A DNA stretch of 64,000 nt from Herpetosiphon gulosus (GCF_039545135.1 NZ_BAABRU010000004.1:258427-322426), one strand, 5' to 3'. Shown: positions 1-10,058, numbered from the stretch's first letter. The notes: generated by a model not told the origin, from the letters alone. A program made the numbers and translations.

Positions 1-842
1 CCAATCGCCAGCTTGGCATTGGCCGCAATCCCCGCCATCGTGCCGGGTGTAACCATGCGGGTTCCTGCCGTGATCGTTGCGGTATGCAGATTCGTGGCCG
101 CACGGGTACAAAACAAATTGAAGCCCAAACGCGAACAGCCCACACCGCTCAGGAAGCTCAATGTGCCGCTTTGGGTGGTGATTCCGGTCGCGCCCGTACC
201 AATGCCATCAAGCGTCCAGAGCGAGGAGAGAAAGGTCGTGCCATCGTAGCGGCTGAGGCTGGCTCGCCATCCGGCGGGTGCTTTCAGGCTGTAGGTCGCC
301 TCGATCGTTTGCCACTGGACACTGGCCGCAGCGGGCTGCGCAATCGAGAGCATGCCAATGCTGCTGGTGGTAAAGCCATTGCCGCCCGATGGGGCAATCC
401 GCAAGCGCCGCTCGGTCTCGAAGCTAAAGCGTTCGGGCGTGCGACTGGGAATCAGGTCGCTAGGAACGTCCTGCCAATCGCCATAGCGCGTGCTGCTCCA
501 CCAGCCCGTGTGCGGAATATCTTCGAGCGCTTTGACGAGGCCCAAGGCGAGGATCTGGATCGAAACGGCTCCATCAGCGGTACGGGTAATCGTCACATCG
601 TCACCAGCGGCGCGGCCCCACCAGATGCGCTTCGAGCAGCGATTGAAGACTTTGACATAGACAAAGGGCAAGGTTTTGAACCAATAGGCTTCCGGCATGG
701 TGCAGGGAATGGTGATACTGAGATCACCACAGCCCTGCTCGGTATAGCGCCACGTGGCGGCGGTCACCCGATCGGAGACATCCAGCATTTGGCTGCTCGT
801 CAGATCCTGTATCAGAATCTGGAATTGAGGATCAAGCATCAT
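1..842 (-). CDS. phage tail protein, 3'-truncated by the window edge (ATG at 842, no stop before position 1)
   Basis: Hand translation of the minus strand from ATGATG at 842 gives about 280 codons without a stop (MMLDPQFQILIQDL...TRMVTPGTMAGIAANAKLAI). Gly/Thr/Ala-rich like tail fibre or baseplate proteins. Missing from the ORF track because it has no stop; the + ORF 84..869 is its antisense shadow. Confidence 0.5.
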   Translation of the reverse strand, partial: MMLDPQFQILIQDLTSSQMLDVSDRVTAATWRYTEQGCGDLSITIPCTMPEAYWFKTLPFVYVKVFNRCSKRIWWGRAAGDDVTITRTADGAVSIQILALGLVKALEDIPHTGWWSSTRYGDWQDVPSDLIPSRTPERFSFETERRLRIAPSGGNGFTTSSIGMLSIAQPAAASVQWQTIEATYSLKAPAGWRASLSRYDGTTFLSSLWTLDGIGTGATGITTQSGTLSFLSGVGCSRLGFNLFCTRAATNLHTATITAGTRMVTPGTMAGIAANAKLAI

Positions 843-850
843 CGCCTCGC

Positions 851-2221
851 TTACTCTGGCATCCGGTAGGCCCGATAACGGTCAAGGGTCAGCACATAGT
901 TGGTCACCGCGCTGGCCGCATCGACAATCCGCCAGTTGGTGCTATAGGTTCCGACATAGACGGCATCAAGATTGGCATCGGCTCCCGCAGTGGTTTGGGC
1001 CGGAACCTGTACGGGTAAGCGACCTCGCGCACCAACAAACTTGCCCGTAATCGCCACCCGTGGCCGATAGGTCGGTTGGAAGTCCAAGACAAAGCCAGTC
1101 GGGCTGCTATTGAGGGTGAAGGGTTCAAGGATGCGCACGCCATGCTCAGGGCGGGTCGTATCGACGAGGTAGCTGGTTTCAATATCGACGGTCGCAGCGG
1201 CACTGGCGGTCACCCGATAACGCAAGCGGGTGCTGACGCTATTGATCGCAATCTCGCGGAAGATCACGATTTGCGGGTTGGTCGTGCTGCCACCACTCAC
1301 CACCTCTTCGGGTGAAACGAGGCTTTGACCATTCTCCAGATTGTCGAGGATGGCCGCAATCCGCACACTCACGCCAGCGGTACGCACGGCAATCTTGGTC
1401 ACCACCGTTTGCCGCCCACTGACGCTAAAGCCGCCCGTATGCTGCGGGGTCGTGCTCGATACGCCAGCGCTCAGGGTTCCCCGCAAGACGAAGGTATCGC
1501 GAGCTTTTTGGGCGGACTGGTTATTATTGACCCACGTCGCGTCATTCGTCCAGCTATTGCCCGCCACCACCTGAATCCCACCTTGCTTGCTCACCAACAG
1601 CGCCGAGAGCGGCATGTTCAGAAAGCCACTGCTGGTTGGGGGATAGTTGCCTGCCATGGTTACGCGAGCGGGCGAGGCAATCCCATGCAGGGTTGCGCCA
1701 AAGTTCAGGTTCATTACACTGCCATTGGCCACACTGGCCGAGGTGACCCGATCATAATCACTGACCTCGCTCGGCAACCACCAGCCGCCCGACTGAAAAC
1801 TAATCGCGACCCCGTTAATCCCGGGCGGAATCGCTTGCAAATCGGTATCAATCAGTCCAGCAGGCACATCGGGCACGGTCGCATCGAGCAGACTCCGTAC
1901 AAGCGGCGTGCTGCGATTACTGCCAAAGGGCTGAAACAGCACCCGTGGCCGCAAGCTGTCATACTGCTCAGGAGCCGTGCGGTAATAGGTGGCAGCGGTC
2001 AGAATCCGCCCCAGTTTTTGCAGCCGACTCATGGCATCGGCAGCCGTCGTGCCCACAATGTTAATCAGCCACTGGGTTTCCACCGGACGATCATCGTGGG
2101 TGCTGGGAATCGCTCCCCCACCCAAGACAAAGGTCGCATCGGCTCCCGCGCTGGGGTCGCCAATCGTAAAAGTATCGGTTCCGGCAATCAACGAACAGGT
2201 GCGTTGGGTCGTTGGCATCAT
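851..2221 (-). CDS. phage tail protein (tail fibre/host-specificity-like), 456 aa
   Basis: Lies just downstream of the tape measure gene in a structural operon. Gly/Thr/Ser/Val-rich beta-type composition; its stop is 8 nt before the start of the next tail gene. Confidence 0.45.
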   Translation of the reverse strand: MMPTTQRTCSLIAGTDTFTIGDPSAGADATFVLGGGAIPSTHDDRPVETQWLINIVGTTAADAMSRLQKLGRILTAATYYRTAPEQYDSLRPRVLFQPFGSNRSTPLVRSLLDATVPDVPAGLIDTDLQAIPPGINGVAISFQSGGWWLPSEVSDYDRVTSASVANGSVMNLNFGATLHGIASPARVTMAGNYPPTSSGFLNMPLSALLVSKQGGIQVVAGNSWTNDATWVNNNQSAQKARDTFVLRGTLSAGVSSTTPQHTGGFSVSGRQTVVTKIAVRTAGVSVRIAAILDNLENGQSLVSPEEVVSGGSTTNPQIVIFREIAINSVSTRLRYRVTASAAATVDIETSYLVDTTRPEHGVRILEPFTLNSSPTGFVLDFQPTYRPRVAITGKFVGARGRLPVQVPAQTTAGADANLDAVYVGTYSTNWRIVDAASAVTNYVLTLDRYRAYRMPE

Positions 2222-2225
2222 ATCC

Positions 2226-5200
2226 TCACTTTCGGGGACTCGCTAAACGCTGCCGGACCTGGCTTTGTTGGCCCAACCCTTGGTTGTTTTGGGCCAGAAT
2301 CCGGCGTAAGAGCGCTTCTATTTGGGCGAGGGTCAAGCCGCCTGCCTGAATGGCCACGTTGGTTGGCCCAGCTGCGGCAGCGGTCGGGGGATAGTCACGC
2401 GGCGCAGGCTGCACGAGCGGCGTAGGCGTGACAGTGGGCAGGCGATCGGCACGCGACCGATTGACCCGTTCGGTTTCACTCAGTTTGAGCAGATAGTCAA
2501 TCCCGCCCGCTTTGCGAATGCCATCGGAGCGGGTCGGATCAACAATAATTTCGCGGGCATGGGCTTGCACTACCATATCGCGGGTCAACCCCATGTCACC
2601 CGTGCCTAGGGCATAGCTGGCTTCTACTTTATTGTGGATGGTGAAATCTGCATCCTCACCAGGCGCGGCAGTATTCGTGGGTGCTTGGCCAACGGCGCGG
2701 GAAGCATTGCTCGCAGCGCTGGCCACGAGGCCATAGAGCGCGATCGTGGCATCAGCCCACGTTTGGTGCGCCTGTAATTGCTCGGTTTGCTTATCGAGAA
2801 TCCCGCGCATGGTGTCAGCAAAGTCATCGCGCAGCTTGGCCTGTGCCTCGGTATAGTCGGCGTTCTCGCTGGCCAAGGCTTCATCGCGTTCGGCTTTCAG
2901 GCTATCATTGGCGGTTTCTAAGTCGCTCAGGCGTTTCGCCGCAAGGTCATCCTTAATCTGATCGGCTTTGGCTAACAGTCGCAACTGCTCTTCCAGATCC
3001 GCGCGATCGGCAGCGGTCAAGTCGGCGGTCTCATCGGCCAACTGTTGGCGCAGCTGGCGCATGCGATCAGTGCGTTGCTGATCGGCTTCAATTTCTTCTT
3101 CGGCGGCTTTGAGATAGGCATCGGCCTCTTTGGCGCGACCTGCTTGGGCCATCACTTGGGCTTTATCCCATGCCTCGGTTTGCTTGCGCAGCGCCTCAGC
3201 CCGATCATCTTTGTGCATGCTGGCCACGGATTCGAGGAAATCGGCTTGATCGGCAAACTTCTGGCGATTGAAAGACTGCTCCGCCGCCAAGGCTTTCCGG
3301 TGATAGTCATCCTCGATCTTGCGCACCGTGGCATAGTGATCCCAGGTCAGTCGTTCGGCCTTCTCCTGAAAGTCCTCCTTGGCTTTGGCAATCTTGGCTT
3401 CGGTCTGCTCGGCCTGTTTGATCCGCTGCTCGGCTTCGCGTTGGCTGGCAGATTGGCCACGACTGCCACTCCCACCACCACCACTTCGGCGGGTCGGGGT
3501 GCGAGCCGTGCGCACCCGTTCGGCATTCCGGCGATTAAAGTCTCCCGCTTGGCGTTCGGCCTCGCGTTGCCGCGCCGCTGCGCCTGCTGGATTGACCAAA
3601 TCTTGCGAGCGATCCACGACTGCATCTTTGTATTGCCGCTGATCACGCGGGTCAATGCCCTCGGCACGGAGATCATTGCGTGATGCCGTGGTATTGCGTG
3701 GCAGCTGCGAGGCCCCTTCCATCAAGGCTTTATAGGCCAGCGCATCGCCTGCGGTTTGGGCGGCAGCGGCGAGATCGTAGAGGCTGCTGGTTTCGGCGGC
3801 TAATGCCCCAATATGATCATCGGCAGCCAGTCGCGCGTTTTGGGTCAAGAGTGCAAGGGTTTCTTGCTCCATGCTGGCTTCGATCGTGGCATCGATTTTG
3901 GCGTACAGGCTGTCGGTATGGGCATCGACCGCTGCGGTAAAGTCATCGGTGCTGACCGTGGCTTCGCGGGTGGCACTGGCGACGAGCAGGGTCGCCCCTT
4001 CCAAGCGGGTCAGTTCGATTTCATCTTGGATGACTTGCTGCTCAATTGTATCGAGCGCCTGCTGGTAGAGGGTCGCATCAATCGATCCGGCACTGAAGGC
4101 AAAGGTGGTGGCTTCGACCGCCCCGCGTGCCCGTTCGCTTTTGTCGGACAAGGTATCAGCACGTATCGCTAGCTCCGCAATCGCGGTACTGGAGAGTCCG
4201 GCGGCCTCGGCTTTGCGCACAAAGGAATCGCGCAACCCCCGCACCCGATCCATCGCCGCCTGCGCATCCATGCCTGTTTTGACCAAGGCTTCGGCCAGAT
4301 GATACTGTCGCTCGGTGACCATCCCCTCGGTCGCATCAAGGTCGGTCAAGATTTGGCGATAGGTGGTAAAACTCTTGCCGGATTGAATCGCGCGGTAATC
4401 GACCTCATCCAAGCGCTGCGCAAGGGTGAAATTTTGACTGGTCAGCCGATCGAGCACATCAATGCCTTCGGCAAAGAAGCCCACAATATCGCCAGCAAGG
4501 ACTTTCAGGCTGTTGCCAAAGTTTTGCAGATGCGCTTCGGCACGGGCGATTTTGGCAGCATTCGAATCGACATCCACGCCCACATCGTTGATCATCTGCT
4601 GACCACTCTGCATCACTGCCTGTTGGAAGGCCAACGCCTTCTCTTGATCGGTCAGGGCCATCACGGTTTTGCCCAGTGACGCGGCATACTCCTGATTGGC
4701 TTTGGCCACATCGACCGTGATCCCAAGGTTGTCGATGATCATCTTCGAGTTTCGCGCGAGACCTGTGACGAGCGAATCAAACATGAAGTTGATATCTTCG
4801 CCCGTGGCTTTGGACGCGGCCCGCGCAATCTCTAAGAGTTTCGGCACATCCTTGGCCAAGCGATCGCCAGCCAGCAACACCGCCTTATTGGCCCCAATCA
4901 TCAGATTGGTTTCGCTGATTGTCCCGGCACTGGCCTGTTTCAGCGCTGCCAGATAGGCGGTGCTCGATGTGCCGGATTTGCGGGCAAGGTTGTCGAAGGC
5001 TTCCTCAACCCCTTCGATCGCCGCTCCTTCTTTCCCCCACTGCACCACCTTGCGCACCGCCTCTACCCCGACATAGGCTTTGGCCACGCCCATCAAGCCA
5101 TCAGTGAGGCCACCAAGCGAGCCTTTTGCATCGGTCATGGCGGTGTCGTCGCGGCGCATGGCATCGGCGGCGCTCAGCGTGCGCTGCTCCAGCTGGCGCA

Positions 5201-5636
5201 TACTGACACTGGCCTTCTCGATGCTGATCACCTTGCGTTCAATCGCATCACTCGTGGATCGCGCTTGCTGCTGCAATTTGTCGAGTGAGCGCTCCAACAT
5301 GGCGATGGTCGTCGCGTTGCTATCGGCTTTGGCCCGTTCCTGCTCCAGTGCGCGGCTGGTTGCCTCAATCGTGCTTTCGAGTTTGGCCTGCTTGCCCGTG
5401 AGGTCGGTCACCGACTTGGCCACGAGGTCTTGGGATTGTCCCGCCAAACGATATTTATCGGCCAGCGTTTGCACGGTCGCGGCGGCGCGGGTCGATTGCT
5501 CGTTCAGGGACGCAAGCTGGCCACCAGCAGCGGCAAGTTTGCTGGTGGCCTCATCGCGGAGGGAGAGAATCAGTTCAAGCGTTTCTTCCGCCACGGCCCT
5601 GCTCCTCGGCCTGCCAGTCGCTTTCCGCATTGGCAC
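2226..5636 (-). CDS. phage tail tape measure protein, 1136 aa
   Basis: Very long, Ala/Glu/Gln/Arg/Lys-rich predicted coiled coil with a Gly-rich segment (RRSGGGGSGSRGQS) and a C-terminal globular part. In the canonical position between the tail chaperone and distal tail genes. Confidence 0.8.
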   Translation of the reverse strand: MPMRKATGRPRSRAVAEETLELILSLRDEATSKLAAAGGQLASLNEQSTRAAATVQTLADKYRLAGQSQDLVAKSVTDLTGKQAKLESTIEATSRALEQERAKADSNATTIAMLERSLDKLQQQARSTSDAIERKVISIEKASVSMRQLEQRTLSAADAMRRDDTAMTDAKGSLGGLTDGLMGVAKAYVGVEAVRKVVQWGKEGAAIEGVEEAFDNLARKSGTSSTAYLAALKQASAGTISETNLMIGANKAVLLAGDRLAKDVPKLLEIARAASKATGEDINFMFDSLVTGLARNSKMIIDNLGITVDVAKANQEYAASLGKTVMALTDQEKALAFQQAVMQSGQQMINDVGVDVDSNAAKIARAEAHLQNFGNSLKVLAGDIVGFFAEGIDVLDRLTSQNFTLAQRLDEVDYRAIQSGKSFTTYRQILTDLDATEGMVTERQYHLAEALVKTGMDAQAAMDRVRGLRDSFVRKAEAAGLSSTAIAELAIRADTLSDKSERARGAVEATTFAFSAGSIDATLYQQALDTIEQQVIQDEIELTRLEGATLLVASATREATVSTDDFTAAVDAHTDSLYAKIDATIEASMEQETLALLTQNARLAADDHIGALAAETSSLYDLAAAAQTAGDALAYKALMEGASQLPRNTTASRNDLRAEGIDPRDQRQYKDAVVDRSQDLVNPAGAAARQREAERQAGDFNRRNAERVRTARTPTRRSGGGGSGSRGQSASQREAEQRIKQAEQTEAKIAKAKEDFQEKAERLTWDHYATVRKIEDDYHRKALAAEQSFNRQKFADQADFLESVASMHKDDRAEALRKQTEAWDKAQVMAQAGRAKEADAYLKAAEEEIEADQQRTDRMRQLRQQLADETADLTAADRADLEEQLRLLAKADQIKDDLAAKRLSDLETANDSLKAERDEALASENADYTEAQAKLRDDFADTMRGILDKQTEQLQAHQTWADATIALYGLVASAASNASRAVGQAPTNTAAPGEDADFTIHNKVEASYALGTGDMGLTRDMVVQAHAREIIVDPTRSDGIRKAGGIDYLLKLSETERVNRSRADRLPTVTPTPLVQPAPRDYPPTAAAAGPTNVAIQAGGLTLAQIEALLRRILAQNNQGLGQQSQVRQRLASPRK

Positions 5637-5759
5637 GCGCGATTAATTCATCAATAAAGCCAGCGGGTTGCTGGCGAATTTGCTCATACGTCCAGCCAAA
5701 GCGCATGGCTAAGGCCACCTCAGCATCGTAGTCACCGATCCGCGTGGCCGCTGCGCCAC

Positions 5760-6143
5760 TTAGCTGGGCGTACCATCCCCAGTAGAGCTGCTCGGCGTGG
5801 CTGAAGCTGTGCTGCTGGTATCGTCCGTTAATGGTGCGGCCTTTGGGTAGATCACCGCCTCGGCATGGGCCACGGCCCGTTGCACCAGCGGATCACGCGC
5901 ATCGAGCGCTGCAATGCTGGTGGGCGTGAGTGGCATGGCATCAAACGATGGGCCTGACCACTCCTCGATTGTGGCTTCGAGCATCAGCAACTGGCGGCGA
6001 TAGGTCGTAACATACTCACCCTCGATCTGCATCAAGGCATCGGCATAATCGGCACGTTGGCCATAGGTCAAGCCCGTGCGCATCGTAATCGTGTCTTCAG
6101 CATCGGTCAGGTCAACGGTCGTGGTTGGGGTAAAACGGCTCAT
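5760..6143 (-). CDS. hypothetical phage protein, possible tail assembly chaperone
   Basis: Small acidic protein immediately upstream of the tape measure gene, the usual gpG/GT position. No recognisable motif. Confidence 0.3.
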   Translation of the reverse strand: MSRFTPTTTVDLTDAEDTITMRTGLTYGQRADYADALMQIEGEYVTTYRRQLLMLEATIEEWSGPSFDAMPLTPTSIAALDARDPLVQRAVAHAEAVIYPKAAPLTDDTSSTASATPSSSTGDGTPS

Positions 6144-6189
6144 ACAGACATCCTTTCAAGGCGAGAGACTTCGACACCGGAATCGGTGC

Positions 6190-7206
6190 TTACACGGTGG
6201 CTTTGGTGTTTTGGCACGCGATGCGTAGATCACTGCCAATCGTTGGTTCATAGGCGTGGTCGAGGGTTAGTTTGATCGTGCGAGCGTGCTTCTGTGCGCC
6301 CCACGTCATCGCTTTGAGCACCCCATAGCCATCGACTTCGAGATAGCGATAGGTTGGATTCGCCGCCACGGTCTCGATAAACGAGCCGTTATGGCGCACG
6401 CGCACCTTACAGCGCACGCCGTTACGCCAGCGGTCGTAATCGGTCAGGTCATCAAAGTAGAGCGTCAGGATGGTTTGCGGCGATGTCACCCCCACATTGA
6501 CCCGATTCCACGTGCGGTTGCCACTGGGGCCACTGGCCGACTTATCGGGTTCCAGCCCTGGTTGAAACGTGTGCTCGACCTGAATCACGCGGAAGGTTGC
6601 GGGAGTCGTGCCAATCGCATCGCTGCCTTGGTCAATCCAGCACTCTAAGTCACTGGGAATCACCAGATCACCAGCGGTTTGGACAGGCAGCGCAGGCGTG
6701 GTGACGGCTTCCATAAATTGGGCAAAGCCATCCAAATCGAGCTTGGTGGCCGCATTGCCCACGACATTGCTGGTCAGTTTGAGGTTGTTCAGTCCGCCAA
6801 AGGCGGCGCGAAAGGTTTGCACATTGGGATCGCCAAACCAGAGCGTCGCAAATTTGGTATTGGCACTGGTCATCACGCGGGTCGCTTCCCACAACCGCCC
6901 GAGCGTTGCCCCCGCCGGAGTCGTTGGCGTGGTGAGCGCTCCGTTGTGCATCATCTGGAGCAGAAACGGCATGAGATCGAGATCAAGGCCGCCACTGGCT
7001 TTCCACTTGGATTGGCGATTGACCACCGCCGAGCGGTAGATCTTGGCCAACGTGCCGCGCGATTCTTCTGGCTCGTCGTGGGCAATCTCGGGATCAACTT
7101 GGCCTTTGGCGGTGACATAGTGGGTTGGGGCACTGGCAGGCGTGCCCGCCGTAGCTTCCCGTGCCATCGCAAAATATTCGAAGGCAATTTGTTGGGCAAT
7201 GGTCAT
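6190..7206 (-). CDS. phage structural protein, putative major tail (tube) protein, 338 aa
   Basis: Sits between the head-tail connector genes and the chaperone/tape-measure genes; Thr/Gly/Val-rich. The assignment is positional only. Confidence 0.4.
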   Translation of the reverse strand: MTIAQQIAFEYFAMAREATAGTPASAPTHYVTAKGQVDPEIAHDEPEESRGTLAKIYRSAVVNRQSKWKASGGLDLDLMPFLLQMMHNGALTTPTTPAGATLGRLWEATRVMTSANTKFATLWFGDPNVQTFRAAFGGLNNLKLTSNVVGNAATKLDLDGFAQFMEAVTTPALPVQTAGDLVIPSDLECWIDQGSDAIGTTPATFRVIQVEHTFQPGLEPDKSASGPSGNRTWNRVNVGVTSPQTILTLYFDDLTDYDRWRNGVRCKVRVRHNGSFIETVAANPTYRYLEVDGYGVLKAMTWGAQKHARTIKLTLDHAYEPTIGSDLRIACQNTKATV

Positions 7207-7583
7207 GCAGCACCTCCTCGGCGGCGCACGTTCGTGGCCGTCGGCGTTGGCTCCGGTTCAATCGGTAGTTCTGGCTCAGGGTCAGCGGGTGGCTCAGGGT
7301 CGGGTTCACTCGGAATGTCAGGCTCGGGTTCGGGTTCCGGCAAGCGTTCCGCCAGATAGGCGACACCCGCAGGCGTTGGTTGGTACATGGCCGCTGCGGC
7401 CACACTGCGCAGCTGCCAATCGGCCATGTGTTCGCAGTGGGCTGCGGTTAAATCGGCCAACGGAATGCCCGGCAAAAAGCCGTCATCGGGCGTGGCCGCG
7501 TAGGTAAAATAGATCATTGCAGGGTAATCCTTGTATACAGATCGAGCGCTCGATACAGGTTCTTGCCGCCAATCGCCACCCAC
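7203..7583 (-). CDS. hypothetical phage protein with a Pro-Glu repeat tract
   Basis: Low-complexity stretch EPEPEPDIPSEPDPEPPADPEPELPIEPEPTP. Its 4-nt overlap with the downstream gene suggests translational coupling. The true start may be internal. Confidence 0.3.
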   Translation of the reverse strand: MGGDWRQEPVSSARSVYKDYPAMIYFTYAATPDDGFLPGIPLADLTAAHCEHMADWQLRSVAAAAMYQPTPAGVAYLAERLPEPEPEPDIPSEPDPEPPADPEPELPIEPEPTPTATNVRRRGGAA

Positions 7584-7963
7584 ACCGCTTCGGCGCGTTC
7601 GACCGTCGCAATCCCCCGCCGCAGGGCGATCCAGTTGCCTAAGCGTCGCCCTTCTGAGGAACCGTTGATCGTGGCAGGCAGGTCAAAGACATAGGGCATC
7701 ACGGCGGCTTCACAGCGATCGCTGCCTGCATCGGCCACTACGAGGCGCGAGAGAATCACCACCTCGCTGATCGCCACAGGCGTACTGGGGGCATAGGTGA
7801 CGTGCTCGAGCAAACTGTAGAGCGTTGGGCACTGGCTGATCGTCTTGGGTTCCTCGGTTAGCAACGCGACATTCTGGCCGCTGGCATTCAGGCGTACCAA
7901 GCTCGGCAGCAGGGCAAAGCGTTGGTGCAGCTGGTCAATGATGACCTGATAGGTGATGGTCAT
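7514..7963 (-). CDS. hypothetical phage structural/assembly protein, 149 aa
   Basis: In the head-tail joining block; ATGA overlap with the upstream gene. Confidence 0.35.
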   Translation of the reverse strand: MTITYQVIIDQLHQRFALLPSLVRLNASGQNVALLTEEPKTISQCPTLYSLLEHVTYAPSTPVAISEVVILSRLVVADAGSDRCEAAVMPYVFDLPATINGSSEGRRLGNWIALRRGIATVERAEAVWVAIGGKNLYRALDLYTRITLQ

Positions 7964-8433
7964 GGGCGACCTCGCAATTCGCTCATTAAGTCGGCAGCGG
8001 CCAGCTTCAGCAGCAAGGACAGACTGGGCCGCGCGTCGGTCAGGCCGCGCCGCATGAATGGGTTAGCGCGTGTGCCCGGGTGGCGAACCATGCGCGTGCG
8101 CACCCAGCGGCCACCAATCTGGAAAGCCAGCAGCGCCGCACCGCCGCCGATCGTGCGAGCCGCTTCGCGCGAGGTGAATTTGGGCAGAATCACATGCGGC
8201 TTTGTGCCCGCGTGGACGAACACGGCATAGGGCGTGCGGTTGTAAATCCGGCCTTTGGCCCCCGTGGTCAGGATTTCGTGGCGGGTATTGGCCTTAAGAT
8301 GGCCATCTTTGATCGGGGTGGCCTGTTCGATCGCGCTTTTGACCGTGAGCACCACCCGTTGCAGCACCTCAGCCCGCCATGGGGCAGGCACACCGCGTTG
8401 GAGCGCCATCGCCACGGTTCTTAGGCTCGCCAT
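7960..8433 (-). CDS. HK97 gp10-like head-tail joining protein
   Basis: 157 aa with a ...RTPYAVFVHAGTKPH... core reminiscent of the HK97 gp10 family. Located between the capsid and tail modules. Confidence 0.45.
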   Translation of the reverse strand: MASLRTVAMALQRGVPAPWRAEVLQRVVLTVKSAIEQATPIKDGHLKANTRHEILTTGAKGRIYNRTPYAVFVHAGTKPHVILPKFTSREAARTIGGGAALLAFQIGGRWVRTRMVRHPGTRANPFMRRGLTDARPSLSLLLKLAAADLMSELRGRP

Positions 8434-9008
8434 GGCGCAACCACACTTTCCAGAATCGCCAGTTGCTGCTTGGTTAGGCCTGCCACCACCCGCGTCATAC
8501 CCTGCCCATGCACCCCAACGCTATCGATCATGCCGCCCGTGGTGCGCGAGCGATAGAGATTAATCGTCAGCTGGAGCGCCACATCGACGACCGCAGGCGG
8601 CACGGCCCCATAGCCCCAGATCGCCGTAATCCGATAGAGCGCATGATCCGTCCAGCTCGTGGCCCAATAGCCATCCCACACCGCGTCCGCATGCAGCACC
8701 CCACGTGCATCTTCGAGCCATGCATCAGCGGCGAGTGGTTGCCATGCGCTATGCAGCCGTTGCTCAATCAGGCTAATACTGCCAATCACATGCGCGTCGA
8801 GCGTCAAGGTCGGCAGCGGCAACCCCGTGACCACGCGCATCGTGGCCACCGGATTGGGCACAAACTCAAAGGTCGGATCGTGCAGCAGCGCCCGTAAGGC
8901 CGAGCGCACAATATCCGAGGCCCGCACCACATAGGGTTCAATGAGGGCGGGATCGGCGGGGATATCCTCAGACTGGGCTTGGACTTCGGCAACGCTCACA
9001 TACAGCAT
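8421..9008 (-). CDS. phage head-tail connector/adaptor-like protein, 195 aa
   Basis: Position downstream of the capsid gene, similar to gp6-like head-tail adaptors. No strong motif. Confidence 0.35.
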   Translation of the reverse strand: MLYVSVAEVQAQSEDIPADPALIEPYVVRASDIVRSALRALLHDPTFEFVPNPVATMRVVTGLPLPTLTLDAHVIGSISLIEQRLHSAWQPLAADAWLEDARGVLHADAVWDGYWATSWTDHALYRITAIWGYGAVPPAVVDVALQLTINLYRSRTTGGMIDSVGVHGQGMTRVVAGLTKQQLAILESVVAPWRA

Positions 9009-9014
9009 GGCGAC

Positions 9015-9170
9015 TTATCCTTCCTTGGCGGGGGCTTTCTTGACTGGCTTTGCGTCAGCCTCATCCAGCGGCGCATCGACGACGCGATAGGCCGGATCAG
9101 CGGCGAGACGATCAGCCAGCTCGCCATCGACTTCCCATGTCACACCCGTTTCGGTATTTAAGACCCACAT
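9015..9170 (-). CDS. small hypothetical phage protein, 51 aa (not in the ORF track)
   Basis: Hand translation gives MWVLNTETGVTWEVDGELADRLAADPAYRVVDAPLDEADAKPVKKAPAKEG with an AAGGAG Shine-Dalgarno 7 nt upstream. It fills the gap between the capsid and connector genes. Confidence 0.35.
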   Translation of the reverse strand: MWVLNTETGVTWEVDGELADRLAADPAYRVVDAPLDEADAKPVKKAPAKEG

Positions 9171-9206
9171 ACAGCGCTCCTTTTGCTCGGCAATCGCCCA
9201 TCTGTT

Positions 9207-10058
9207 CTAACTCCGATTCGCGGTCATCACGGCGAAGGCGGTAGGCCGCACAACCTTCGCCCCATAGACATGCAAGCCCTTCACGGCATCGGCAAAGCGC
9301 TTTTCCGGGCGATAGCCTTCGACCTTGACGATTTGCTCGGCAAACGAGATCGCCATGGGGTGACCCGCCATAATCTTGTATTTGGCTCCCGCCACGTTGG
9401 GCACACTATTCGACTTCAACACGCTAAACCCTGCTGCTGTGCCAATCTGGCCATTGCGCAGCACCTGATCGCTGCTCGCCGAGCCAACGCCGACGAAGCG
9501 ATCATCTTTGAGCAACAAGCCGTGAAACCATGGCGGCACGATCGTCCAGCGCCCTTCGGATGGCACATTGGCCTCATCGAGCAGCGTGCCCAAATCGACC
9601 AAGTAATCGTAGGCATTGGCACTGGTGGGGGTCACGGGCGTGGTGTCATTGCCAATCACATTGCCAGCAGCCACCCCCGTATACAGCGAGGCGATAAAGC
9701 CATCACTGACATCGCGCAGGCCATAGCTGGCTTCTTTCATGGCTTCATCCATCACGCTGGGCTTTTGTTGGGCACGGTCGATATCATCGACTTGGAAGTT
9801 GAAGTATTTGGCTTGGTTGATCAACAAGGTCATTTGGGCATCGGTCAAGGTTTCGGGGTCACCAATGTTGGTATTCTTGGTGTAATTGCCAATCGTGACT
9901 GGGCCAATGCTGTTAATCTTGACGGTATCGCCCGCATCGCGAATCTCGCCCTCATACTCACGATTGACCACGCCTGCTTGCCCATACACATGGGCACGAT
10001 GCAGATTCGAGAGAATCCGCGCACTCCAGACGACAGGAATGAAATTGTTCAGCGCCAT
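9207..10058 (-). CDS. phage major capsid protein, 283 aa
   Basis: N-terminal FIPVVWSARIL...NREYEGEI...GDTVKI pattern typical of a major capsid (coat) family. It sits directly after a scaffold-like gene and downstream of the portal. Confidence 0.65.
   Translation of the reverse strand: MALNNFIPVVWSARILSNLHRAHVYGQAGVVNREYEGEIRDAGDTVKINSIGPVTIGNYTKNTNIGDPETLTDAQMTLLINQAKYFNFQVDDIDRAQQKPSVMDEAMKEASYGLRDVSDGFIASLYTGVAAGNVIGNDTTPVTPTSANAYDYLVDLGTLLDEANVPSEGRWTIVPPWFHGLLLKDDRFVGVGSASSDQVLRNGQIGTAAGFSVLKSNSVPNVAGAKYKIMAGHPMAISFAEQIVKVEGYRPEKRFADAVKGLHVYGAKVVRPTAFAVMTANRS

Noticed and set aside
84-869. 261-aa + strand ORF at the left edge
   Set aside because: It is the antisense shadow of a minus-strand tail gene that is open from the ATG at 842 to the window edge. 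Such long alternate-frame ORFs are expected in high-GC DNA.
3045-3683. 212-aa + ORF, along with other + ORFs at 1325..2425, 3813..4172, 4299..4679 and 5080..5646
   Set aside because: All lie inside and antisense to the tape measure and tail genes, show low-complexity translations, and have no ribosome-binding context.
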